The notes under the pieces are model-generated. The model saw nothing but the letters and a program-made list of their open reading frames with translations, searched no databases and was not told where the DNA came from. The translations under genes and the position numbers were made by a program. From an uncultured Rhodobacterales bacterium (GTDB lineage: Bacteria; Pseudomonadota; Alphaproteobacteria; Rhodobacterales; Rhodobacteraceae), in the NCBI GenBank assembly GCA_964645155.1, contig CAZYBG010000003.1:7093-71092 (forward strand): 64,000 nt of DNA, given 5' to 3'. Positions 33,073 through 41,951 of this stretch are shown one piece after another (within the stretch, counting starts at the first letter, position 1; every line of letters begins with the position of its first letter).

Positions 33073-34178
33073 TCGGCGGCCTCCCGCACGCCGGCCCCGA
33101 GCAGGCGCAGGAGCCCGAGAAGCTGTTCGGCCCGGTGCCGGCAGGTATGGCGCGCGGCGATCGTCGCGAGACCGTTCGCGGCGAGCTCTCCGGCGAGCGA
33201 CGGGTCGCCGAGCACGGCCGCAAGATGGCGCTCCATCGCGGCGCCGTCGCGGGCGATCAGGAAGTCCTTCTCAGGCCGGAACAGGCCCTCGACGTCGTCC
33301 CACGGCGCCGAGACCAGCGGTATCCCGCAGGCCAGCGCCTCGAAGACGCGGATCGTGGGGATGCCGGGCAGCGCCTCCACATAGGGCTGCCGCGGCACGT
33401 GGACGGTGACGCGGTGGCGGGCAAATACCTCTGGCACGCAGGCATTGGCGACCCAGCCGCGATAGGCGATCCCGGCCCGGGCCAGCCGCTGCCGCACCGC
33501 ATCGGGGTAGCGCACGCCGCACACCTCGGCGGCGAGACCGAGCCGGGCGACCGGGCCGGTCAGGTAGTCCTCCAGTTCCCGCGCCCGTTCGCCGTCGCCC
33601 CAGTTGCCGATCCAGACGAGATCGCCCTTGCGCGCGATGTCGGGGCGCGGGCGGAACAGCGTGTCGTCGGCCGCCTCGTGCCAGGTGAAGACCTGCCGGC
33701 CCCAGCCGGCGGCAAGGTAGCGCTCGCGCAGCGCCTCGCCGAACGCCAGCACGGCGTCATAGCCCGAAAGGTCGAGCCCGGCGATCTCGCGGTCGGCCGA
33801 GACGGCACGATGATGGGTGTCGTGGAAGAGCAGGCGGAACCGCGCGCCCCGCGCCCGGCAGCGGCCGAGCCGGCGGACGATCGCCGGATCGGTCCATTCG
33901 TGGACGACGACGACATCGGCCCCGGTGACGCGGTCGGCCACGTCTTCGGCGCCGTGGTGGAGTTCGGTCCGCAGGTCGGGAAACGCCCGGCCGAAGGCGA
34001 CGAGCGCCGCGGCGCCGGCCTCGGCGATGAGGTTCCCGCGCGACCACGATGCGGCGGGTTCGATCGCGCGGCAGGTATGCCCCAGCGCCTGCAGCGCCCG
34101 CATGACGCCACGCTGGAAATGCGCGTTGCCGTGGTTCCAGTCAGAGACCAGCGAATGGGTGAGAAAGACGAACTGCAT
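33069..34178 (-). CDS. CgeB-family glycosyltransferase, paralog C
   Basis: LTHSLVSDWNHGNAHFQRGVMRALQALGH and IRVFEALACGIPLVSA. ATGA overlap downstream. Confidence 0.65.
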   Translation of the reverse strand: MQFVFLTHSLVSDWNHGNAHFQRGVMRALQALGHTCRAIEPAASWSRGNLIAEAGAAALVAFGRAFPDLRTELHHGAEDVADRVTGADVVVVHEWTDPAIVRRLGRCRARGARFRLLFHDTHHRAVSADREIAGLDLSGYDAVLAFGEALRERYLAAGWGRQVFTWHEAADDTLFRPRPDIARKGDLVWIGNWGDGERARELEDYLTGPVARLGLAAEVCGVRYPDAVRQRLARAGIAYRGWVANACVPEVFARHRVTVHVPRQPYVEALPGIPTIRVFEALACGIPLVSAPWDDVEGLFRPEKDFLIARDGAAMERHLAAVLGDPSLAGELAANGLATIAARHTCRHRAEQLLGLLRLLGAGVREAAE

Positions 34179-34181
34179 CGG

Positions 34182-35258
34182 CTATTCCGCCGCCTGCCGG
34201 ACGGTGAGCCGCCGGTAGAGGGCCAGCATGTCGTCGGCCTGCCGCTCGGGCGCGAACCGAAGTGCCCGCGCCTGCGCCGCGGCGCCGCGGCGCGCCCGCT
34301 CCTCGGGGTCGTCGGCAAGCCGGTCGAGAAGCGCGGCGAGCGCCACGGGATCGCGCGGGTCGAAGAAGGCCGCCGCCCCCTCCCACAGCTCGCGATAGGT
34401 CGGGATGTCGCTCAGCACCAGCGGGCGGCCGAGCCGCGCAGCCTCGAGGGCGGCAAGGCCGAAGGGCTCGTAGAGCGAGGGCGACACAAAGATCGCGGCC
34501 TCGCGCATGGCGGCGATCGCCGCGGCGTGCGGAACCGGCCCGAGAGCGCGTGCGGGGGCGGGGTGCAGGCGCTGGCCGTCATACGCTTCGGTGGCGCCCA
34601 CGAGAGTGACCGGCACGCGGGAGAGCCGCGCCGCGGCGACGAGGACCGCGCCGTTCTTGCCGCGGTCCCACCACCGGCCGCAGGCGATGGCGCCGCGGCC
34701 GCCGCCGGGAGCGCCCGTCTCCACCCGGCTCGTGTTCGCGACCGCCGCCACGTCGGCAAGGCCGTAGACCTCGGCGGTCTCGCGGGCGTGGGCGCGGCTC
34801 GGCGCCACCACCGCGGCCGCCCGCGCCAGGCCGCGGCGCGCCAGGGCCTCGTGCCAGGCGAAGCCGGCCGGTGCCGGCCGGCCCTCGACCGCACGGAACC
34901 AGGTCCCGAGGCACGAATGGCAGACCGCCACGATCGGCTTGCCGATCGCCAGGTCGGCCGCCTGCGTCGGCAGGTTGACCTGGACGAGATCGGGGCGGTG
35001 CATCCTGACGAGCAGCGCCAGCCAGCGTCCGACGCCGGCAAGATCGCCCGGACGGCGCGCGCGCCAGTCCAGCGGCAGATCGCCCCAGACCAGCATCCCG
35101 GCGGCCGCGGCCTCGGCGACCTGGGCGCCCGACGGGCGGGGGCCGAGGCCGGCGAAGACGATCCGGCAGCCACGATCGGCCAGTGCCCCGCCGAGATCTA
35201 TCGCGTAGCGCCAGATCCCACCGACCGCATCGACGGTCATCAGCACCGCCGTGCTCAT
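34182..35258 (-). CDS. Glycosyltransferase family 4
   Basis: ATG 35258 in an ATGA overlap with the upstream gene. GGIWRYAIDLGGAL and LYEPFGLAALEAARLGRPLVLSD. Confidence 0.75.
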   Translation of the reverse strand: MSTAVLMTVDAVGGIWRYAIDLGGALADRGCRIVFAGLGPRPSGAQVAEAAAAGMLVWGDLPLDWRARRPGDLAGVGRWLALLVRMHRPDLVQVNLPTQAADLAIGKPIVAVCHSCLGTWFRAVEGRPAPAGFAWHEALARRGLARAAAVVAPSRAHARETAEVYGLADVAAVANTSRVETGAPGGGRGAIACGRWWDRGKNGAVLVAAARLSRVPVTLVGATEAYDGQRLHPAPARALGPVPHAAAIAAMREAAIFVSPSLYEPFGLAALEAARLGRPLVLSDIPTYRELWEGAAAFFDPRDPVALAALLDRLADDPEERARRGAAAQARALRFAPERQADDMLALYRRLTVRQAAE

Positions 35259-37240
35259 GCGCTCACCCTCTCCGCCGCAACCGGCAGCCGATGTTCTGCG
35301 AGCCAGCCGGCCAGGCGCCGCAGCCCCGGCCGCCAGCCGACACGCGGCGCCCAGCCCGTTGCGGCGCGGAGTGCCGCCGTGTCGGCCACGAACCACGCCT
35401 GGTCGCCCGGCCGCCAGTCGGCCTGGCGCACCTCCATCGGGCCGCCGGTGATGCGGCCGATCTCGTCGATCACATGGCGCAGGCTGACCGCGTTCGCCGG
35501 CCCGCCGCCGAGGTTGAAGGCACGGCCCCCGACGGCGGCGAAGCGCGCCATGGCGAGGCGGTAGGCGGCGACCGCGTCGGACACCTCGCACACGTCGCGG
35601 ACCTGGCGGCCGGTGCCGTAGACGGTGATCGGCCGCCCCGCAAGGGCCGCGATCAGGAAATGCGCCACCCAGCCCTGGTCCTCGGTGCCGAACTGGCGCG
35701 GCCCGTAGATGCACGACATCCGCAGCACCGCCGCCGGCAGCCCATAGCTCTTGGCGTAGTCGAGCACGTACTGGTCGGCGACCCCCTTCGAACAGCCATA
35801 GGGCGTGCAGAAGGCAAGCGGCGCACGCTCGTCGATGCCCATCGCCAGCGCGGGGTCGGTCGGGGCGCAGGCGGCCTCGGTCTCGACGATCGCCAGATCG
35901 GAGAGGTCGCCGTAGACCTTGTTGGTGGATGCGAAGATCAGCGGGATCTCCCGCCCGCTGGCGCGGACCGCCTCGAGAAGGTTCAGCGTGCCGCGCGCGT
36001 TCACCTCGAAATCCTCGACCGGCGCCGCGAGGCTCGTCGTCACCGCGGTCTGGGCGGCGAGGTGATAGATCTCGCCGGCGTTCCGCACCGCCGCGGCAAG
36101 CGCCCGATCGTCCCGCAGGTCGGCGAGAACCGGGTGCACGCGGCGCGGGTGCCGCGCTGTCAGCCAGGCGAGGTTCTCCTCCACCCCCGGGCGCGACAGG
36201 TTGTCGAGCACGACGACGTCGCGCGCATCGGCCGCAAGGCTGTCGACGAGGTTCGAGCCGACGAAACCCGCCCCGCCGGTGACCACCACCGGCCGGGCCG
36301 CCGGGCCGAGCGCCGGGGCGGCGAGGCCCGCGACCTCGCGCAGCCGGTCGAGGCCGCCGTCGCAGAGCATCCTCGCCAGCAGTTTCGGCTGGTTGTCGGA
36401 CGTGACCGCACCGAGGTGATAATGGCGCGGATCGAACCAGAGCCCGTCCTGCGTCGCTACGTCGGGAGCGAGGTCGCGCCAGCCGTACCAGTAGAGCCGG
36501 TCGGCGGGCGCCGCGAGCGCGCTCACGAACCGGCGCGCCTGTTCGACCTGATCGTTGCGCCAGGTGGAATAGCCGGCCTCGGTGATCCAGATCTGCGCGG
36601 CCGGGTTGTGCCGGTCGAGCACCGCGCGCATCTCGCCCAGGTGCAGGTCCCAGCCCGACCAGTGGCCGGCCTCGCTTTCCCAGGTGCCGGGAAAGCCGTG
36701 GAACCCCACCGCATGCATCAGCGCCAGAAGCCCGCGCCGGCCCATGAGATCGAGCCAGAGCGGATCGAACGGGCACGGACCGCCCAGCACGGGCTTCCAG
36801 CCGCGATGCCGCGCCCAGTGCGCCGCCATCCCGATCATCTCGCAGAACAGGTCGAAATCGGGGTCGGCCCGCCAGTCCCAGTCGAGCAGGTTGTTGGGCT
36901 CGTTCCAGAGCTCGACATGCTCGAAATGGTCACCGTGGCGGGTCAGCACCAGGTCGATGAAGTCGGCGAAGTCCTGAAGCCGCTCGGGCGGGCCGGAGCT
37001 GCGCCCGGTGCGCGACAGCGAGGGCGGCGTGTAGTGGATGCAGGGCATCAGCTCGATCTCGGCGGCAAGGCGCGGGATCAGCCAGTCGAACCACTCCCGC
37101 CCGCCGGGAGCGTGGTATTCTGCCCACGAAAGATGCGTGCGCAGCCACGCGGCGCCCGAACCGGTCAGGCCCGGCATCACCGCCTCCACATGCGCGCGGT
37201 CGCCGGGGCGGAACCACTCGACAAAGCCGAAGGCGGTCAC
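35255..37240 (-). CDS. Fusion: clan GH-A-like TIM-barrel glycosidase domain + CDP-paratose/tyvelose 2-epimerase-like SDR domain
   Basis: GTG 37240 in a GTGA overlap. N-terminal half has ELWNEPN (acid/base-like) and IWITEAGYS (nucleophile-like). C-terminal half has VTGGAGFVGSNL, DNLSRPG, STNKVYGDL, PYGCSKGVADQY, DQGW, GRQVRDV. Confidence 0.7.
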   Translation of the reverse strand: MTAFGFVEWFRPGDRAHVEAVMPGLTGSGAAWLRTHLSWAEYHAPGGREWFDWLIPRLAAEIELMPCIHYTPPSLSRTGRSSGPPERLQDFADFIDLVLTRHGDHFEHVELWNEPNNLLDWDWRADPDFDLFCEMIGMAAHWARHRGWKPVLGGPCPFDPLWLDLMGRRGLLALMHAVGFHGFPGTWESEAGHWSGWDLHLGEMRAVLDRHNPAAQIWITEAGYSTWRNDQVEQARRFVSALAAPADRLYWYGWRDLAPDVATQDGLWFDPRHYHLGAVTSDNQPKLLARMLCDGGLDRLREVAGLAAPALGPAARPVVVTGGAGFVGSNLVDSLAADARDVVVLDNLSRPGVEENLAWLTARHPRRVHPVLADLRDDRALAAAVRNAGEIYHLAAQTAVTTSLAAPVEDFEVNARGTLNLLEAVRASGREIPLIFASTNKVYGDLSDLAIVETEAACAPTDPALAMGIDERAPLAFCTPYGCSKGVADQYVLDYAKSYGLPAAVLRMSCIYGPRQFGTEDQGWVAHFLIAALAGRPITVYGTGRQVRDVCEVSDAVAAYRLAMARFAAVGGRAFNLGGGPANAVSLRHVIDEIGRITGGPMEVRQADWRPGDQAWFVADTAALRAATGWAPRVGWRPGLRRLAGWLAEHRLPVAAERVSA

Positions 37241-38343
37241 GACACGAGCCCCCGCGCTTCCAGTTCGCGCCGCATCGCTGCGCCGCGGTCGGTGCCGGGC
37301 GCGCCGCGCACCCAGTCGGCGAAATCTGCCAGCGCGTGCTCGAGCGGATGTTCGGGCACGAAGCCGAGCAGCGTCTCCGCGCGGCCGATATCGGCAAAGC
37401 AGTTGCGGATGTCGCCGGCACGGAACCGGCCGAGAATCTCGGGCTCGATCCCGGGCCTGCCCATCGCGCCGGCCAGAAGTTCGGCGACCTGGCGGATCGA
37501 GTAGGCGCGCCCCGAGCCGACATTGATCGCCTCGCCCGCCACGCCGTCGCGTTCGAGCGCGAGGCGGAAGGCGCGCGCCACGTCGCGGACATGCACGAAG
37601 TCGCGCCGCTGCCGGCCGTCCTCGAAGATCGTCGGGCGCGCCCCGGCCCCGATCCGCGCGGCGAAGTTGGCCAGCACGCCGGTATAGGGGTTAGAAAGCG
37701 CCTGCCCGGCCCCGAAGACGTTGAAGAGCCTGAGCGCGACCGCCGGAATGTCGTAGGCCGCGCCGAAGATCAGCACCGCCCTTTCCTGGGCGTACTTGGT
37801 CAGCGCGTAGATCGAGGCGAGGTCCGGGCGCTTGGCTTCGTCGGTGGGCAGCGGCGTCAGCGCCGCGCCGTCGGGACCGACCGGGTCCCAGCGTCCGCCG
37901 CGCAGGTCCCGCACGGACCGGCGCGCGCCGGCGAACAGCGCGCCGCCGGGCAGCGCGTAGCGGCCCTCGCCGTAGATGCTCATCGAGGAGGCAACCACGA
38001 TCCGGTCCACCGGATGCTCGGCGATGGCCTCGAGCAGCACCGCCGTCCCGAGGTCGTTCGCGCCGACATAGCGGGCGATCTCGTACATCGACTGGCCGAC
38101 ACCGACCTCGGCGGCGAGGTGGATCACCGCGTCGCATCCGCGCAGCGCGTCCCCGAGGCGGCCGGCGTCGCGGACATCGCCGCGGACGACCTCGGCGCCG
38201 TCCGGAACTTCCGGCGCATTGCCGCCATGGACCTGGTCGATCATCGCGTCGTAGAGGCGCACCTCGTGCCCTGCGGCAAGCAGTTCGGCGGCGACGTGGC
38301 GGCCGATGAAGCCGCAGCCGCCGGTGATCAGGACATGGGACAT
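37237..38343 (-). CDS. NAD-dependent epimerase/dehydratase (SDR)
   Basis: 368 aa. ITGGCGFIGRH, HLAAEVGVGQS, ALTKYAQE (YxxxK). First gene of the operon. Confidence 0.8.
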   Translation of the reverse strand: MSHVLITGGCGFIGRHVAAELLAAGHEVRLYDAMIDQVHGGNAPEVPDGAEVVRGDVRDAGRLGDALRGCDAVIHLAAEVGVGQSMYEIARYVGANDLGTAVLLEAIAEHPVDRIVVASSMSIYGEGRYALPGGALFAGARRSVRDLRGGRWDPVGPDGAALTPLPTDEAKRPDLASIYALTKYAQERAVLIFGAAYDIPAVALRLFNVFGAGQALSNPYTGVLANFAARIGAGARPTIFEDGRQRRDFVHVRDVARAFRLALERDGVAGEAINVGSGRAYSIRQVAELLAGAMGRPGIEPEILGRFRAGDIRNCFADIGRAETLLGFVPEHPLEHALADFADWVRGAPGTDRGAAMRRELEARGLVS

Positions 38344-38379
38344 GGGCGGGGCTCCTCGACGCGTTTCGCGAGGTTCCGG

Positions 38380-38404
38380 AACCGGAGGTGGTCGGGTTTG
38401 TTCC
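38380..38404 (-). promoter_or_regulatory. EcfG-type promoter candidate (GGAAC-N16-GGTT) toward the SDR..CgeBx3..uxs operon
   Basis: Plus strand AACC 38380-38383 and GTTCC 38400-38404. The -10 lies 37 nt upstream of ATG 38343 and overlaps the 12-bp palindrome GGTTCCGGAACC (38372-38383). Confidence 0.55.
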
Positions 38405-38601
38405 CGGCTTTCCAGCGACTTCGGCGGAAGCGGGGGCGGAAGCGGGCCGGTTCTTCAACTTCATCAATGACTTCCGTGGAGACCGCCGGCAGCCGGTCGG
38501 GCGCCGCCGGCGGCACGGCAGCCGCGACCGGGAACAAAGCGCCGGCAGCGCCGGTTCGCCCCCCGCGCCGCGTCCCGGCGCGACCAACCCCGGGGGCTGC
38601 A

Positions 38602-39585
38602 ATGGATGGTGGACGGATCGGCGCGCGGCTCGAGGCGGCCCAGGTCACCGGGCCCGGCCGGGTCGCGGTCGTGGAACTGCCGCTGCCGGAGCCGGGCCCC
38701 GACGAGGTGCGGGTGCGGATCGAGGGCTGCGGCGTCTGCGCCTCGAACCTCGGCCCCTGGTCCGGCCCGCCATGGATGAGCTTTCCGCTGCCGCCGGGTG
38801 CGCTCGGCCACGAGGCCTGGGGGCGGATCGACGCGGTCGGCGCAGCGGTGAGCCCGGCGCGCCGGGGCGAGCGCGTGGCGATCCTCGGCTTCCACGGCTA
38901 TGCAAGCCACGACATCGTTCCGGCCGACGCGGCGCTGCCGCTGCCCGCCGCGCTCGAGGGGCAGGCCGTGCCGGCCGAGGCGATCGGCTGCGCGATGATG
39001 ATCTTCGGCCGGACCCGCATCCAGCCCGGCGAAATCGTTGCCATAGTCGGCATCGGCTTTCTCGGGGCGCTCCTGACGCGGCTCGCCGCCGCCGCGGGTG
39101 CGCGGGTCATCGCGCTCTCGCGGCGCGCCAGCAGCCTCGCCCTCGCCCGCCGCTGCGGTGCGTCCGAGACGATCGAGATGGCCGACCACGGCGCGATCCT
39201 CGCCCGTCTTGCCGAGCGGACCGGCGGCCGCGCCTGCGATGTCGCAATCGAGTGCACCGGGCACCAGTGGCCCCTCGACCTCGCGGCCGAAGCCCTGCGG
39301 GAAGGCGGGCGGCTGGTGATCGCGGGCTACCACCAGGACGGCCCGCGGCAGGTCAACATGCAGCTCTGGAACTGGCGCGCCCTCGATATCGTCAACGCCC
39401 ATGAGCGCGACCGCGGCAAGCTGCTGGCGGCGATGCGCGACGGGATCGCCGCCGTCGCCGACGGGCGGCTCGAACTCGCACCGCTGCTGACGCACCGCTA
39501 TTCGCTCGGCCGCCTCGCAGCCGCGCTCGACGCCACGCGCGACAAGCCCGAAGGTTTCGTCAAGGCGCTGGTGGTGCTGCGATGA
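38602..39585 (+). CDS. Zinc-type medium-chain alcohol dehydrogenase (MDR family)
   Basis: ATG 38602. GCGVCASNL, GHEAWGRI, Rossmann motif VGIGFLG. Confidence 0.75.
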   Translation: MDGGRIGARLEAAQVTGPGRVAVVELPLPEPGPDEVRVRIEGCGVCASNLGPWSGPPWMSFPLPPGALGHEAWGRIDAVGAAVSPARRGERVAILGFHGYASHDIVPADAALPLPAALEGQAVPAEAIGCAMMIFGRTRIQPGEIVAIVGIGFLGALLTRLAAAAGARVIALSRRASSLALARRCGASETIEMADHGAILARLAERTGGRACDVAIECTGHQWPLDLAAEALREGGRLVIAGYHQDGPRQVNMQLWNWRALDIVNAHERDRGKLLAAMRDGIAAVADGRLELAPLLTHRYSLGRLAAALDATRDKPEGFVKALVVLR

Positions 39586-40664
39586 CCCGGCCCGCGATGG
39601 CCCGGCCGCGCGTCGGCTTCCTCGGTCTCGGCTGGATCGGGCGGCACCGGTTCGAGGCGCTGGCCGGCACCGGCGCGATCGACGTCGTCGCCCTTGCCGA
39701 TACCGCGCCCGAGGCGGTCGCGGCCTGCGCCGGCGCCTGCCCCGGCGCCCGGCTCGGATCGACGCTCGACGATGTCCTCGCCGCACGCCCGGAAGGCGTG
39801 GTGATCGCGACCCCGTCGGCGCTGCATGCGGCGCAGGCCGTCGCGGCGCTCGAGGCCGGGGCGGCGGTGTTCTGCCAGAAGCCGCTCGGCCGGAACGCGG
39901 CCGAGACGCGGGCGGCCGTCGCTGCGGCGCGCCGGGCCGACCGGCTGCTTGCCGCCGACCTCTCCTACCGCCACACCGCCGGCATGGTGGCGATCCGGCA
40001 GGCGGTGGAGGGTGGCCGCATCGGCCGCCCGCTGGCGCTCGACCTGACGTTTCACAACGCCTACGGGCCGGACAAGCCCTGGTTCCACGACCGCGCGCTT
40101 TCGGGTGGCGGATGCGTGATCGACCTCGGCGTGCATCTGGTCGACCTCGCGCTGTGGCTGACCGGATGGCCCGGCCTGCGCTGCACCTCGGCGCAGCTCT
40201 TCTCCGGCGGGGCGAGGCTCTCCGTCGGCGACCCGGCGGTCGAGGACTTCGCGATGGCCACGCTCGAGACCACGGCAGGCGGTGTCGTCCGCATCGCCTG
40301 TTCGTGGAACCTGTCCGCCGGCTGCGATGCGGTGATCCGCGCCGAGATCCATGGCGACCGCGGCGGCGCCGTCCTCGCCAATGTCGGCGGCTCGTTCTAC
40401 GATTTCGAGGCCCATCTCCTCCACGGCCGCGAGCGGCAACTGCTGGCGGTTCCGCCGGACGACTGGGGCGGCCGCGCAGCGGTGGCCTGGCTGGAGCAAC
40501 TCGCCAATGGCGCCGGCTTCGACCCGGCCTGCGAGGGCCTCGTCACGCTCGCCGAGGCTCTGGACGCAATCTACGGTCACTCGCCCGGCGCGGCGGTGTC
40601 GGCGCCGCGCGGTGCGGCGGCCTCCCTCGGCGCCCGCAGGAAGGCGGCAGGGCCCTTGCGGTAG
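39582..40664 (+). CDS. Gfo/Idh/MocA-family oxidoreductase
   Basis: ATGA overlap. VGFLGLGWIGRHR N-terminal Rossmann motif and FCQKPL block. Confidence 0.8.
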   Translation: MTRPAMARPRVGFLGLGWIGRHRFEALAGTGAIDVVALADTAPEAVAACAGACPGARLGSTLDDVLAARPEGVVIATPSALHAAQAVAALEAGAAVFCQKPLGRNAAETRAAVAAARRADRLLAADLSYRHTAGMVAIRQAVEGGRIGRPLALDLTFHNAYGPDKPWFHDRALSGGGCVIDLGVHLVDLALWLTGWPGLRCTSAQLFSGGARLSVGDPAVEDFAMATLETTAGGVVRIACSWNLSAGCDAVIRAEIHGDRGGAVLANVGGSFYDFEAHLLHGRERQLLAVPPDDWGGRAAVAWLEQLANGAGFDPACEGLVTLAEALDAIYGHSPGAAVSAPRGAAASLGARRKAAGPLR

Positions 40665-40721
40665 CGAAACGCGCCGGGGCCGCAATCGCGCGCCCCGGCA
40701 CTGCAGTATCAGGCGGCGGTC

Positions 40722-41225
40722 TCAGGCGGCCATCCGGTTCAGCCGCTCCTCGGCGACGCGCGAAAGCTTGGCGTCGGCCGCCTTCTCCTCCTCCAGCGTC
40801 TGCTTCAGAAGCTCGGCGCAATCGGTCCGGCCGAGTTCCTGCGACCAGGCGATCAGGGTTCCGTAGCGGGTGATCTCGTAGTGCTCGACCGCCTGCGCGG
40901 ACGCGGCGATGGCGGCATCGAGGACGCTCGAATCCTCGACCTCGCTGGCGATCTCCTCGGCTTCCTTGATGATGCCGTCGATCGCCGGGCAGTTGGTTCC
41001 GCCGGCTTCCTCACCCAGCAGCGCGAACACCTGCTCCAGCCGCTCGACCTGCCGCTCGGTCTCGTGCAGGTGCGCCTGCAGTCCGTCGCGCAGCGCCCCT
41101 TCCGAGGCCTTGTCGATCATCTTCGGCAGGGCGTTCACGATCTGCTTCTCGGCGTAGTAGATGTCGCGAAGCTGGTGCATGTAGAGGTCGTCCATCGACT
41201 GGATGTCATAGGAAAAAAGCGCCAT
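40722..41225 (-). CDS. DUF892 (YciE/YciF-like) ferritin-like stress protein
   Basis: 167 aa. LYMHQLRDIYYAEKQIVNALPKM and AVEHYEITRYGTLIAW are signature blocks. Confidence 0.85.
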   Translation of the reverse strand: MALFSYDIQSMDDLYMHQLRDIYYAEKQIVNALPKMIDKASEGALRDGLQAHLHETERQVERLEQVFALLGEEAGGTNCPAIDGIIKEAEEIASEVEDSSVLDAAIAASAQAVEHYEITRYGTLIAWSQELGRTDCAELLKQTLEEEKAADAKLSRVAEERLNRMAA

Positions 41226-41324
41226 TCATGGCCTCCTGACTTCGGGTTGCGTCGTTCATGGGGCGGGGTCGATCGCCAGCTCGGTGACCACTGCCAACCG
41301 TCTGTCGCCCCTCAGGGCAGGGGC

Positions 41325-41349
41325 AACCGCAGCGCCCGCCGATTGTTCC
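41325..41349 (-). promoter_or_regulatory. EcfG-type promoter candidate (GGAAC-N16-GGTT) toward the DUF892 gene
   Basis: Plus strand AACC 41325-41328 and GTTCC 41345-41349, about 100 nt upstream of ATG 41225. Confidence 0.55.
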
Positions 41350-41389
41350 CCGATCGGCGGCCCGGCCACGGCCCGGTCCGATGGCACAG

Positions 41390-41875
41390 TCAGATCGCCC
41401 GGTCGCCGAGTTCCGCCATCACCATCGCGCGGGCGCGGTTCACGCGGCTCTTGATCGTGCCGACCTCGCAGCCGCAGATGCGGGCCGCCGTCTCGTAGCT
41501 TTCGCCCATCATCACGACCAGGACGAGCGTCTCGCGGTAGTGGTTCGGCAGGCGCTGAACCACCCTCATCAGCTCGCCGCCGCGCACCACCCACTCCTGG
41601 GTCGAGGCGCTCGATGCCGTGCCCGACACGCAGTCCTCCGAACCGGTGCGCTCGCGCTTGGTCTTGGCCAGCGTGTTGAAGAACGAATTGCGCATGATCG
41701 TGAATAGCCACGCCCGCAGCCGCGTGCCCGGGGTGAAGCTGTCGATGTTCGCCAGCGCCCGCACCAGCGTGTCCTGGACAAGATCATCGGCATCGGGGCG
41801 GTTGCGGCACAGGACATAGGCATAGGCCCTGAGCGCCGGCAGGAGCGCCACGACATCGGCCCGGACATCCGGCAT
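41390..41875 (-). CDS. ecfG: ECF sigma factor, EcfG/RpoE2-type (general stress response)
   Basis: ATG 41875. LPALRAYAYVLCRNRPDADDLVQDTLVRALANIDSFTPGTRLRAWLFTIMRN and ICGCEVGTIKSRVNRAR closely follow the S. meliloti RpoE2 pattern as I recall it. Confidence 0.8.
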   Translation of the reverse strand: MPDVRADVVALLPALRAYAYVLCRNRPDADDLVQDTLVRALANIDSFTPGTRLRAWLFTIMRNSFFNTLAKTKRERTGSEDCVSGTASSASTQEWVVRGGELMRVVQRLPNHYRETLVLVVMMGESYETAARICGCEVGTIKSRVNRARAMVMAELGDRAI

Positions 41876-41951
41876 GTTCCTTGCTGCTTCGACCACGTGT
41901 TGCGAACCCGTCGACAGAGACGATACCCCCGAGCGGGGGCGTTGCGCGCAT

